A DNA stretch of 64,000 nt, taken from NCBI GenBank assembly GCA_035505475.1, contig DATJQT010000238.1, positions 1,755 through 65,754 of the forward strand, read 5' to 3'. The first letter of the stretch is position 1, and the number at the start of each line of letters is the position of its first letter. This document shows positions 24,425 to 33,977 of the stretch, one piece after another. Made by a program: the position numbers and the translations under genes. The notes below the pieces were generated by a model that worked only from the letters and a program-made list of their open reading frames with translations, did not search any database and had not been told where the DNA came from. This stretch comes from Vulcanimicrobiaceae bacterium (GTDB lineage: Bacteria > Methylomirabilota > Methylomirabilia > Methylomirabilales > 2-02-FULL-66-22).

Positions 24425-25815
24425 TTAGACTGAAGATTATCCCAGCCCTGGATCCGGAGTTCCTGCCGGCCGTCCTGTGGAATCGCGCGTACCGCGACCT
24501 CGTTGCCCATGACTTCGGCGCGCGGCCTTTCGTTGTGGCGTTGATCCGCGGCGACGGCGGGGTGTCCCGATTCGAGGGGCGCGTGCTTTCGGCCGGACAC
24601 CCGGCCGCCGCCCTGACCCGCACCTACGTGGAACGACTGCTAAAGTTCCTCCTCTGGCAAAAAGGCGGCTGCCGTGTGTTGATGGCGGGCGCGGGCGAGA
24701 TCGTGCCGCAGCTCGCGCAGGCCTATGGCCCGGCGGGGGCGCGGGCGTTTGACGCGGAGCTGCTGGGCGAGCGCATCTATGGGCGGGTGTTCTCGGTCGA
24801 AGCTGCCGAGTTTGCGCGACTGCCGGCGGTGTCCGACGGCCAGCTGTCGCTCGGATGTCAGCTGGACGGATGCCGCATCGGCTTTGACCTCGGCGGGAGC
24901 GACCGCAAGGCGGCGGCGCTGATCGACGGACGCGTGGTGTTTTCCGAGGAGGTCGCGTGGAGTCCATATTTCGAGAAGGATCCGGCTTATCATCTTGATG
25001 GAGTCCATGATTCGCTGGCCCGCGCAGCGGCGCATCTGCCGCGGGTCGACGCGATTGGTGGCAGTGCGGCCGGTGTGTACGTAGGCAACGAAGTCCGCGT
25101 CGCCTCCCTCTTCCGCGGTGTGCCGCCGGACCTCTTTGAGCGAAAGATCCGCCGGATGTTCTTCACCCTGCAGGCCCGGTGGGGCGGCGTGCCCTTCGTG
25201 GTCGTCAACGACGGCGAGGTCACGGCCCTCGCAGGCTCGATGGCGTTGAATGACAACGCTGTGCTCGGCATCTCGATGGGGACAAGCCAGGCCGGCGGCT
25301 ACGTGACGCCGGAGGGCAGCATCACTCCCTGGCTCAATGAGCTCGCATTTGCGCCGATCGACTACCGGCCCGATGCACCACGTGACGAGTGGTCGGGAGA
25401 CGTCGGGTGTGGTGTGCAGTATCTATCGCAGCAGGCCGTGGGGCGGCTCGCAGCCCGGGCCGGCTTTGAATTCCCTCCGAGCCTGCCATTGCCCGAGCGA
25501 CTCGTGGCCGTACAGCAGGCGCTGCAGGGTGGGGATCGTCGGGCCCGCGCCATCTACGAGACGATCGGCACGTTTTTGGGCTACGCGATCGCCCACTATG
25601 CCGACTTCTATGCGATCCGGCACGTGCTTGTCTTGGGCCGCGTGACCTCCGGCGAAGGCGGGGGCATCCTCCGCGACCGGGCGACCGCTGTGTTGCGTGC
25701 CGAATGCCCTGCCACCGCCGGCGAGATCGCCCTGCACACGCCGGACGAAAAATTCAAGCGGCTCGGCCAGGCCGTCGCCGCGGCCAGCCTGCCGAGGCTG
25801 TCGTCAACCCGCTGA
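24421..25815 (+). CDS. ROK family sugar kinase with about 140-aa N-terminal extension
   Basis: Contains GFDLGGSDRKAA (ATPase phosphate-1 motif) and VVNDGEVTALAG. The only in-frame start near the upstream stop is TTG 24421 (TTGA overlap), so the start is uncertain. Confidence 0.75.
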   Translation: MIRLKIIPALDPEFLPAVLWNRAYRDLVAHDFGARPFVVALIRGDGGVSRFEGRVLSAGHPAAALTRTYVERLLKFLLWQKGGCRVLMAGAGEIVPQLAQAYGPAGARAFDAELLGERIYGRVFSVEAAEFARLPAVSDGQLSLGCQLDGCRIGFDLGGSDRKAAALIDGRVVFSEEVAWSPYFEKDPAYHLDGVHDSLARAAAHLPRVDAIGGSAAGVYVGNEVRVASLFRGVPPDLFERKIRRMFFTLQARWGGVPFVVVNDGEVTALAGSMALNDNAVLGISMGTSQAGGYVTPEGSITPWLNELAFAPIDYRPDAPRDEWSGDVGCGVQYLSQQAVGRLAARAGFEFPPSLPLPERLVAVQQALQGGDRRARAIYETIGTFLGYAIAHYADFYAIRHVLVLGRVTSGEGGGILRDRATAVLRAECPATAGEIALHTPDEKFKRLGQAVAAASLPRLSSTR

Positions 25816-25825
25816 CTCTTCCTTT

Positions 25826-26677
25826 ATGAAATTATCCCAACCAGATGCGGACGTCTTTGTCCCGGACTCCAATCTCTCGGCTTCCGCCGCCTTGGCGCGC
25901 ACGACCCACCTTTGCATCGCGGCGCACCAGGATGACATCGAGATCATGGCTTACCACGGAATTTCCGAGTGCTTCGGTCGCACCGACAAGTGGTTCTCGG
26001 GAGTGGTAGTCACCAATGGCGCGGGCAGCCCTCGCACCGGGCTCTACGGCAGTTATGGCGACGCCGAGATGCAGGTTGTGCGCCGCCGCGAGCAGCGCAA
26101 AGCCGCTTACGTGGGTGATTACTCGATCCAGATTCAACTCGGGCACCCGAGCGCATCAGTCAGGGACCCAGATAATGCGGCGGTACAATCCGATCTGACG
26201 AAGGTTCTTGCGGGCGCCGGGGCCGAAGTAGTCTATCTCCATCAACCCGCGGACAAACACGACACGCACGTTGCAGTAATGGCACACGGCCTCAAGGCGC
26301 TTCGCGCATTGCCCGCGGCAAAACGACCGAAGCGTGTTTACGGCTGCGAAGTCTGGCGAGATCTCGACTGGTTGCTGGACACGGACAAACAGGTTCTCGA
26401 TGTGAGTGCATTTCCAAACGTCGCATCGTCGCTGATTGGCATATTCGATTCACAGATCAGCGGCGGCAAGCGCTACGACTTGGCGACGATCGGTCGAAGG
26501 CAAGCGCATGCAACCTACCATTTGTCCCATGCGACTGACAAATGCAGTGGCATAACCTGGGCGATCGACCTCACGCCCATGGTTGTCGATCCGGGGCTGT
26601 CTCTTGTCGCTTACACGGCAAGCCTTGTTGATCGGTTCAAGGAGGATGTGATGGCGCGCCTGACGAAGGTCTTGTGA
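25826..26677 (+). CDS. LmbE/PIG-L family deacetylase
   Basis: Start chosen at ATG 25826 (MKLSQPDADVF...). The zinc-site motif is intact in CIAAHQDDIEIM (AHxDD), and a second His cluster is present (ADKHDTHVA). Confidence 0.75.
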   Translation: MKLSQPDADVFVPDSNLSASAALARTTHLCIAAHQDDIEIMAYHGISECFGRTDKWFSGVVVTNGAGSPRTGLYGSYGDAEMQVVRRREQRKAAYVGDYSIQIQLGHPSASVRDPDNAAVQSDLTKVLAGAGAEVVYLHQPADKHDTHVAVMAHGLKALRALPAAKRPKRVYGCEVWRDLDWLLDTDKQVLDVSAFPNVASSLIGIFDSQISGGKRYDLATIGRRQAHATYHLSHATDKCSGITWAIDLTPMVVDPGLSLVAYTASLVDRFKEDVMARLTKVL

Positions 26678-26914
26678 AAGTTTCCCCAAACTGAGCCGAC
26701 GCCCGGCGGTGCGCGTGCAATGCATTCCGGATAGCTAAAGGTGATATTTGCTCTCGCTACCGGCTGCCTGCGGCAAACCTTGCTTTTGGTGAACCCTCCT
26801 ACCCCAGCTCCTGTCGACTTAACCCGGATCCAACATCGACGTGAACGGTTGATGATGCTGCCCTTCGCGTGCGATCTTCGCGCGAGTTTGCCACGCCCAT
26901 TGCATTCGGCGCTA

Positions 26915-29110
26915 ATGACAAACGCCAGTCTTGCGGGTGTGCCGCCCACCCTGCGGGACCGCGTGGGAGAGAATATTTGTTCTACGGCCTTTCCATACCC
27001 GCAATTTCTTCAGAGCTCTGGAGAATTGGCTTATACCGAATTGGACATTGTCGAACTGGAGAATGCCTCCTGGCGTGTGGCGATATGCCCCAATCTCGGC
27101 GGCCGTGTGTTGCAAGTCTATGATCGCCATCGCCAGCGTGACTTACTGTTCCAACCCGCAGCGTTGAACCAAGCGGTTGTGGGCCTTGCCGGAGCTTGGT
27201 TCATCGGGGGAGTGGAATTCAATGGGTTCCGCTATGGACATAACATCCACGGTTTATCGGCGGTTGAGTCTCGACAGGCGCGATTACACGACGGTATGCC
27301 GGCAGTGGAGTTGGAGGCATTCGACGAATTGTTCGAGTGTTCTTGGCGCGTAATCATCGCGCTGGGGGTGGCGCAGGTGTTCTTCCGGATTGAACTGACC
27401 AATCATAGTGCTGAACCACAGCCGGGATATTGGTGGACCAATATCGCTGTTCCGACGCACCGGCAGACCCGCATCATGTGCTGCCCGGGCCCTATGCTTC
27501 ACCACGGCATGTTTCGGGTGGGTTACCAACACGACTTTTGGCCGACATTGCACGGCCAAGACTGGTCGCGCTGGCCAAATCACCACGAAATCATCTCCGG
27601 TTACCTCTATGAGAATCGCAGTGACTTTGTTGGATATGCTGATGGCGTAGCGGGATTCGCCTTTGTCCATCAAGCCGATCACTCGATTTGCCGCGGTCGG
27701 AAGCTCTGGAGCATCGGCGCGAATCGCGACCACACGATCTGGTCCGACCGACTTCTTGAGCCGGCATCGACCTCGTATATCGAGTTACAGAGCGGCCTTT
27801 ATCCCTTGCAGGTCGGATGTGGACAGCTTCAACCCGGCGAGCGGCGGGCATGGACCGAAAGTTTGGGCGCGATTGACTGGGAGCCAACCGAGGATGCCAG
27901 CCAAGGCGATTACCACGTGCTATTCGACCGTTTCGAGCAATTGGCGGCGGAAAGAATGAGGGCGGAATTCCTGATGCGGAACTCGACCGAAGCCTGGCTG
28001 GCCGCAGAAGGTGCGCCGCTTACGGCGGCATCACCACGAGTGAATCTGTCGAAGCGAGTCACCCTTGACCCGCGACGAGTGACTTCAGCGGAAGTCACCC
28101 GCACGGTTGAACAGGGATGGGTGGCGGGCGCTGCGTGGCGCCGCAAGCTCGAGGAGCTAGTGGCCAAAAATGAGCTGAGCAGACCAGGACAACTCGCGCT
28201 CGCCGCGGCAATGATGGATGCGGGTCAGATCGACGGCTGCCTCGGGCGCCTGCAGTTGTTGGCTGACGCGGACGATCCGACGGCGGGATGGGCGGCCTAC
28301 TTGCTTGGGCTATATTCCGCTGATTGGCATTGGCTGGAGCGCGCGATCGCGCGTTTGCCGGATCGCGCGGAGATCTGGTTGGCCCTTGATAGCGCTCTGG
28401 CTCATCAACAGCGCCACGAAGAACGGGCCCAACTATGGCATCGCGCCCCGAGGCCTCTAATGGCACGCGACGATGTTCGCGTGGCGCAAGCGGTCGGTGC
28501 GCTCGCGCGTTGTGAGTGGGATCGAGTACGAATGCTGTTGCAGGCACCCTTGCTGGCCATTGCTGAGGGCTCGATAACTCCATGGCTCATTTACCGGGAA
28601 AGCTACGTGGCGGAGGCGATGACGCTATGGTGCGATGGCAACGACGAGAATGCATCCCGTCTGTTTTTTCTCGGCGGACAAAGCGCGTCACAGTTCGGGG
28701 TGGGGCGTGACGAAGCAGGATGGGGGCAGGATATGATCTACTACCGTTGGCGCCTGGCCCAAGAGAGAGGACGTTCGGTGGAAGCTGCACTTCTGCTAGG
28801 TATGAGTATGCGGCACGAGCCTTACGCCGGTTCGATTTCCGCCGCCTACTTGGCACGGCTAGCAATCGAGGCGGCGCACCCGTCAGCAAACAAACGAATC
28901 GAGGCGCTGCAGCGTTGGGATGACCAGAGCGGTGAGGGGGCGTCAGTGTTTACGCCACTGCGCGCAGCACTAGTTGAGACGCTCACGTCGGGGGCAGCCA
29001 CGCGCTGGAGCAAACTGCGAAACGATCCGCTCTATCTTCACCGAGCTGCGTTTGAATGCAGTTTGAGCTCCCGTCGTCCTGCGGTTCCCGCAGGGTTTTG
29101 CCGAACCTAG
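26915..29110 (+). CDS. DUF5107-like (aldose-epimerase-like) protein with helical/TPR-like C-terminal half
   Basis: The segment LENASWRVAICPNLGGRVLQVYDRHRQRDLLFQPAALNQAVVGLAGAWFIGGVEFN matches my recollection of the DUF5107 N-terminal signature. The C-terminal roughly 350 aa is helical-repeat-like. The start is uncertain (ATG 26915; ORF open from 26741). Confidence 0.5.
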   Translation: MTNASLAGVPPTLRDRVGENICSTAFPYPQFLQSSGELAYTELDIVELENASWRVAICPNLGGRVLQVYDRHRQRDLLFQPAALNQAVVGLAGAWFIGGVEFNGFRYGHNIHGLSAVESRQARLHDGMPAVELEAFDELFECSWRVIIALGVAQVFFRIELTNHSAEPQPGYWWTNIAVPTHRQTRIMCCPGPMLHHGMFRVGYQHDFWPTLHGQDWSRWPNHHEIISGYLYENRSDFVGYADGVAGFAFVHQADHSICRGRKLWSIGANRDHTIWSDRLLEPASTSYIELQSGLYPLQVGCGQLQPGERRAWTESLGAIDWEPTEDASQGDYHVLFDRFEQLAAERMRAEFLMRNSTEAWLAAEGAPLTAASPRVNLSKRVTLDPRRVTSAEVTRTVEQGWVAGAAWRRKLEELVAKNELSRPGQLALAAAMMDAGQIDGCLGRLQLLADADDPTAGWAAYLLGLYSADWHWLERAIARLPDRAEIWLALDSALAHQQRHEERAQLWHRAPRPLMARDDVRVAQAVGALARCEWDRVRMLLQAPLLAIAEGSITPWLIYRESYVAEAMTLWCDGNDENASRLFFLGGQSASQFGVGRDEAGWGQDMIYYRWRLAQERGRSVEAALLLGMSMRHEPYAGSISAAYLARLAIEAAHPSANKRIEALQRWDDQSGEGASVFTPLRAALVETLTSGAATRWSKLRNDPLYLHRAAFECSLSSRRPAVPAGFCRT

Positions 29111-29643
29111 CCCTTGAAGTTCCACTTGTGCGAACTTCCTACCCGGTTCGCTCGCTGTCCAAGTGATTACGTGGAAGAGAGAAGTCGCGAAGCAGTTGCA
29201 CGGGCTGTTTGGAAGGCGGACCGATCATGACTCGGCCGCTGCCGCTCGCGAGGCCGAGCCGTCCAGCAAGATCGGCGGGCTTGAGGTGCAGGTCGACTGG
29301 ACAAAAAGAATGTCGAGGGGCCAGGGCCCTGACCCCGACACGGACTGATCGAGCAAGACCATGCGCGAATGACGGTCAAATTCCAGTGCGAGATACGGGG
29401 CGCGCCGCGGGCGATCTGCGATCACTGGCCCCGGCCACTGTCTGCCTGCAATCCCGCGCTGCTGCGAGCGCCCGATGAATGGCGTATAGCGCACCCACAG
29501 TCTGCCTCGCGTCAGATGGCTTACCGGCCTGATCGAGCAATTCATCAGTGATATTGTGGGAAATTGAAGAAGCTCCGCCTTCCAGTCCGAGCGTAACGGA
29601 GCGAATCGAGCCACCATTCTTGGATTTTCAAACGAGGCGGGTT

Positions 29644-30810
29644 ATGATCTCATGTAACAAATCGATGCCGTTGCCGAAACCAAAACAGGACTCAAAGACA
29701 AAGCAATCCATGAGGATACAGGCGAGCCGTGACGCGTTGGCGCTGGGCAATGGAGCTCCCGACTTGGAGAAGACGATACGTCGTTTGGCGTCAACCCGGG
29801 CGTGGGACGTGCACAAGCCGCTTCCAACGACACGCGAAATCGGCAGTCGGTACGCGATTTCCAACGCCACGGTGTGCCGCCTGCTCAACCGCCTCTATGG
29901 AGAGGGCGTGATCTGGCGCCAGGAGAATGGGCGGTATTTCTTGAACGAGAGCCGCCAGCTGTTCGAGCGCCGGAAACCGTACGCTTGCCTGCTCCGAAAG
30001 CTGCAGCATTGGAGTCGAGTCTATCAGGGCGTTATGAGCGGGTTTAGCCAAACGTTTGGCGATGATCGAGCGATGATGCTGTTTGTGCACAATCAATCGC
30101 TCGTGCGCCATGCCGACATTGCGCACCCGCCTGTGCATGCCGGCGTCGAGGCACAACGAGAGTCGTTAGCCGAGTTTTTTCGGGATAACAGTAACGGGTT
30201 CCGGGGAATCTTGCTGGATGAAGTATGGCTCGATGACGTCTTGAAGGAATTCCCGGAACAGCTGGCAAACGCCGTTATCGTGTGTCGGCCCACGACGTTG
30301 CCGAACCTCTCGAGTGTCAGCGTTGATTTTGAATCCGGGGCTCTTTTGGCGGTCGGTCATCTTTACGCCCGCGGTTTCGATGAGATCTGGCTCGCGATTC
30401 CATTCGTCGAATCCGTGTCGGTCGAGCTGATGATGCAGGCTGCAATCAAGTCTGCCGCCCGTCTGGGCAAACCTATCAAGGAGAAGAATATCTGCATGGT
30501 TGCATCGCCCGACGACCGTGAACGCCTTCTCGACCGCGTAAGAAGCTCCAAGGTGCGTGCGGGAATATTCTGTTTTGAAGACAACATCAGTCTGATTCTC
30601 AGGAAGATCTTCGCAGCTGCCGACATTGATTGTCCGACGCGGGTCGGGCTCCTCTCGGCTATGGGAACTGACCTTGTCGTCGACCAGCGGATTTCCAGCC
30701 TAAAGATCGATTTCGAGAGGATCGGACGTGCGGCTGGAGAGATCCTCCTCGGAAGGAAACACGACATCGTTGCTATTCCACCGCAGCTATTCTCCGGGAC
30801 GAGCACTTGA
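29644..30810 (+). CDS. GntR-type winged-HTH regulator fused to a periplasmic-binding-protein-like sugar sensor domain
   Basis: wHTH segment TTREIGSRYAISNATVCRLLNRLYGEGVIWRQENGRYFL, followed by a roughly 300-aa LacI/PBP-like effector domain. The start is uncertain (29644, 29665 or 29710). Confidence 0.7.
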   Translation: MISCNKSMPLPKPKQDSKTKQSMRIQASRDALALGNGAPDLEKTIRRLASTRAWDVHKPLPTTREIGSRYAISNATVCRLLNRLYGEGVIWRQENGRYFLNESRQLFERRKPYACLLRKLQHWSRVYQGVMSGFSQTFGDDRAMMLFVHNQSLVRHADIAHPPVHAGVEAQRESLAEFFRDNSNGFRGILLDEVWLDDVLKEFPEQLANAVIVCRPTTLPNLSSVSVDFESGALLAVGHLYARGFDEIWLAIPFVESVSVELMMQAAIKSAARLGKPIKEKNICMVASPDDRERLLDRVRSSKVRAGIFCFEDNISLILRKIFAAADIDCPTRVGLLSAMGTDLVVDQRISSLKIDFERIGRAAGEILLGRKHDIVAIPPQLFSGTST

Positions 30811-30983
30811 GGCAAAGTCGGTGCTGCCAAGGCGGGAGCCCTCCCCATGGGGCTGTCGTCGCGATCACAACGCTTCAACGGGAGTTCGTCGATCGGTGGA
30901 TGGCGTCGGAGGTCCAAGGCGACATTCGTAGGTCAGCCTCGTGCACACTCCTGGGGGTCTTCGGGAGAATCCACGATCCGTGG

Positions 30984-31193
30984 TCAAACCCCACGGTGAC
31001 CATCTGGCGGCCGGTCCGCCAGGAGTTCGCCGCCGATGGCCCCGTTCTCCGGCGGGTTCTCCTTGAGCAGGATCACGATGGTCTGCCGGGGCAGGCCGAA
31101 GGCCTTGACAGCGGCGTCAGTGACGGTCCTGACCAACTCCCGTTTCCTGGCGACGTCGGCAATTCTCGGTCCCTCGATGGATATGTTCGGCAT
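30984..31193 (-). CDS. 4-oxalocrotonate tautomerase family protein
   Basis: 69 aa. It begins MPNISIEG (catalytic Pro1 after Met removal) and shows the typical beta-alpha-beta length and pattern (...QTIVILLKE). Confidence 0.8.
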   Translation of the reverse strand: MPNISIEGPRIADVARKRELVRTVTDAAVKAFGLPRQTIVILLKENPPENGAIGGELLADRPPDGHRGV

Positions 31194-31586
31194 GGGGTCC
31201 TCCTTGGGGTAAGCGGGTGACGTTGGGGCCTTACCCGGCGGGGGCGGGCCGGGGAACAGTGGGGCAGCCCGCGGCCAACGCAGAGTCTTGGGTCAATCCA
31301 GCTAACTCGAAACCCGCATTCCGGGCCCCCTGAGCTCGTGCTTCTTCAGCTGGCCGCGAACCGTCCCGCCTTTAGGCGCCGGGCCGCAGCTCAGATGAAG
31401 AGGCGCTTCTGATCCGGGCCCCAAGTCTTGCGTGAGCACCCGGGAGCGGCCCGCTCGGCGGCCGAGCACGAGCACACCGTGACGCGCATCTTCCCGCGCC
31501 TGGGCCGCGTGCGCCCGACCGCGGCGGTCCTCCAGGCGCTCGGCTGAATCCGGACGGCAGGGTGTGATTTCAACCAGGGCGGTCGG

Positions 31587-33977
31587 TCAGATTCGATCTG
31601 CACCGAGAGTTGGGGAGGTGGTCGGTGGAAGGTTGCGGTTCAGCGGAATGCCGGCGGCCAAGGCACGGCCGTTCCAGCTTCCGATGATCTCCCCGTTGAC
31701 GGTCAACTGGTACACTCGCTCGGGGGTGGCCTGGCGGAAAACGACGACGGGTCGACGGCGCCAGCGGAACGGGCTGCAGAGGCGGAATCGAATCTGGTCT
31801 TCCTCAACGGCACACTCGGTCAGGTCCAGTCCGTTGACGCCGACGCCGCGCGCCGCGGCCACATCCACGATCGCGTCGCGGAGATACTCCTCCTCGATCT
31901 CGATTCCGGCCATGCCGCTGCCGGTGCCCCAGTGGAAGCTGGTGACCGCGCCCTTGCCGCCGTAGCCGGTGTGGGCCCAGTTCTCGGCCGGGGACACCGG
32001 AAACTGCGCGCGCAGCGCCGCCACGCCCCGTTCGAGGTATTCGATTTCCGCCGTCGCGCGGTAGTAGTCCAGCAGGAGGTTGCCAAAGAAACTCTGCCGC
32101 GCATCGGACCACTCGGCGTCGGAGTTCTGCGTGGTGAATCCGCCGAGCAGGAGCGGTGGGGCGACCTCCGGGTCAAGACCCGGGTGGGTCCAGCATTGCT
32201 GGTAGAGCAGGAGGTAATCCAGGAGGTGGCGGCCCCGGTCCAGCCACGAGCGTTCGCCGGTCACGCGGCCCATGGCCAGGTAGGCGGCCACGGTTTGCCC
32301 GAGCGCGAGGTTGTTCGCCGGCCACTGCGCGGTCCGCGCGTCGAAAACCGGTTCGCGCGGGCTGCAGCTCCAGAAGGTCTCATAATCGTACCACTGGCGC
32401 TGCGGGACCACCGCTTCCTCGAGAAAGGCGAAACCACGCCGGGCCGCCGCGAGCCAGGCGGGATTCGAGTCCTGCGCGTAGAGCTCTAGCAGGAAGAGAA
32501 CCACGGGGCCGGTTTCCGCCTTTGTCGCCACGGCCCGGTCGAGCCGCACGGAACCGTCCTCGTTGAACTGGGTCGGCAGCATGCCATCCGGCATCTGCCT
32601 CGCCACCAGGAACTCTGCGAGCGCCTCGCACCGCGGCACGATGGCCGCAGAGCCCGGCAAGCCGGCGGCCCGCCAGCGCAGCAGCCAATACGCCGTCCAG
32701 CTCATGTCGTAACCGAGGAAACCCTCCTCGGTGCCGGCGCCGCAGCCGTCGCCCGCGGCCCAAAGCGGGTTGGCGCCCTCGCGGCCGGGGGCCGCGATGG
32801 TCTTGAACGCGCCTTCGCGCCCGGGCGCCTGCAGGGCGAGGGCGACGGTCCGGCCGGCGAGTTGCAGCAAGGCGTCATTGCCCTCGCGCCGGGAATGGAG
32901 GGCCATCCCGAATGCCGTCCGCATCGCATTGAACCAGGATGTCAGATAGGCGGCCGGACCCGGGCCCCAGCGGTCCGTGCGCACGGCCCCGCCGGTGGTG
33001 CCGTCGGGCAGGGGTACGTCGAGCCACAATCGGGCGGTCTCTTCGCCCCAGACCACCCGGCGCCAGTCGTCCCACAGCGCCGCGCCCCGATAGCGGGCAT
33101 CCGTGGCCGCCTGTTGGGGCGCGGCGCCGGCCTGTTCGCGGCGCCCGAACCACGCCCAGTGGGCGCGCACCGCCTCGCGGAACGCCGAGCCGGGATCGGC
33201 GTCGGCCGTGACCAGCAGATAGTAGGCGTTGACGAGTTGGGTCGGCAAAGCCCAGGTGCATCCGGTCGCAGGCGCGTAGACCGAATGCGAGGCCAGACGC
33301 GCGGGGACGAACCCGACCGTGAGGAGGGGCCCGGCGGGCACGTCGAGGTCGAGCGTGTGGGGGCAGCGCGCCAGGACGTCCCGCTCCAACCTGGCCAGAT
33401 CGGGGACGATGCCCACGGCGGACCGCCCTGACTGGACGAGCACAAGGGGGGCCTTGTACTGGGCATCCGGATTGAATCCGCCCACCGAGGGCGAAAACGT
33501 CCAATCGGCCGGCGCCAGAAACCGGAATTGGTCGCCGAAGGAGGCGATGCTCACCTCCCGGCCGGGCACCATCCGGGTGACCACGTGGAGCCAGGGTCCG
33601 TCGTCGAGGCATCGCACGGTGCGCGTGATCGCGAGGCCGTCGACGAGAAGCTCCTCGGTCAACGTTCCTCCGGCTACCGACACGCGGCCCACCGTGCCGC
33701 GGAGCAGTTGCCCGCCGGCGCCGGCCACTGCGCACGGGCCGACGCTGCGATCTGCGGAGGAGTCCGCCACGGGCACCCACTTCCCGTCCCGGCGGGCCAG
33801 GTAGCGCTCGCGCAGTTGGCCGGCTTCGACGCGGGCCTCGACGCGAATCCGCGCTCCCTCGAGCACGGCGGTCGATGCGAGCGGCGCCCGCGCGTCGGGG
33901 GATTCGGTGGATGACATGATCCGGGTGGGGCGGGTTCGCGCGGGCTTTTTTGGCGGGAGGCGGTCGGGGCGCGTCAC
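31587..33977 (-). CDS. 796-aa cytoplasmic protein of unknown function, alpha/alpha-toroid-like C-terminal half
   Basis: Uninterrupted ORF. GTG 33977 forms a GTGA overlap with the upstream stop (alternative start ATG 33917). No signal peptide. The C-terminal half has helical-hairpin repeats rich in W/Y/L (WTAYWLLRW..., LLDYLLLYQQCW...), as in six-hairpin glycosidase or lyase folds. Confidence 0.65.
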   Translation of the reverse strand: MTRPDRLPPKKPARTRPTRIMSSTESPDARAPLASTAVLEGARIRVEARVEAGQLRERYLARRDGKWVPVADSSADRSVGPCAVAGAGGQLLRGTVGRVSVAGGTLTEELLVDGLAITRTVRCLDDGPWLHVVTRMVPGREVSIASFGDQFRFLAPADWTFSPSVGGFNPDAQYKAPLVLVQSGRSAVGIVPDLARLERDVLARCPHTLDLDVPAGPLLTVGFVPARLASHSVYAPATGCTWALPTQLVNAYYLLVTADADPGSAFREAVRAHWAWFGRREQAGAAPQQAATDARYRGAALWDDWRRVVWGEETARLWLDVPLPDGTTGGAVRTDRWGPGPAAYLTSWFNAMRTAFGMALHSRREGNDALLQLAGRTVALALQAPGREGAFKTIAAPGREGANPLWAAGDGCGAGTEEGFLGYDMSWTAYWLLRWRAAGLPGSAAIVPRCEALAEFLVARQMPDGMLPTQFNEDGSVRLDRAVATKAETGPVVLFLLELYAQDSNPAWLAAARRGFAFLEEAVVPQRQWYDYETFWSCSPREPVFDARTAQWPANNLALGQTVAAYLAMGRVTGERSWLDRGRHLLDYLLLYQQCWTHPGLDPEVAPPLLLGGFTTQNSDAEWSDARQSFFGNLLLDYYRATAEIEYLERGVAALRAQFPVSPAENWAHTGYGGKGAVTSFHWGTGSGMAGIEIEEEYLRDAIVDVAAARGVGVNGLDLTECAVEEDQIRFRLCSPFRWRRRPVVVFRQATPERVYQLTVNGEIIGSWNGRALAAGIPLNRNLPPTTSPTLGADRI

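Noticed and set aside
31297-31340. A possible fourth, degenerate copy of the ~45-nt motif (GGGTCAATCCAGCTAACTCGAAACCCGCATTCCGGG).
   Set aside because: Only the GGTCAAT, TAACT and GCAT blocks match. The orientation points away from any nearby downstream gene. The similarity is too weak to separate from chance by eye.
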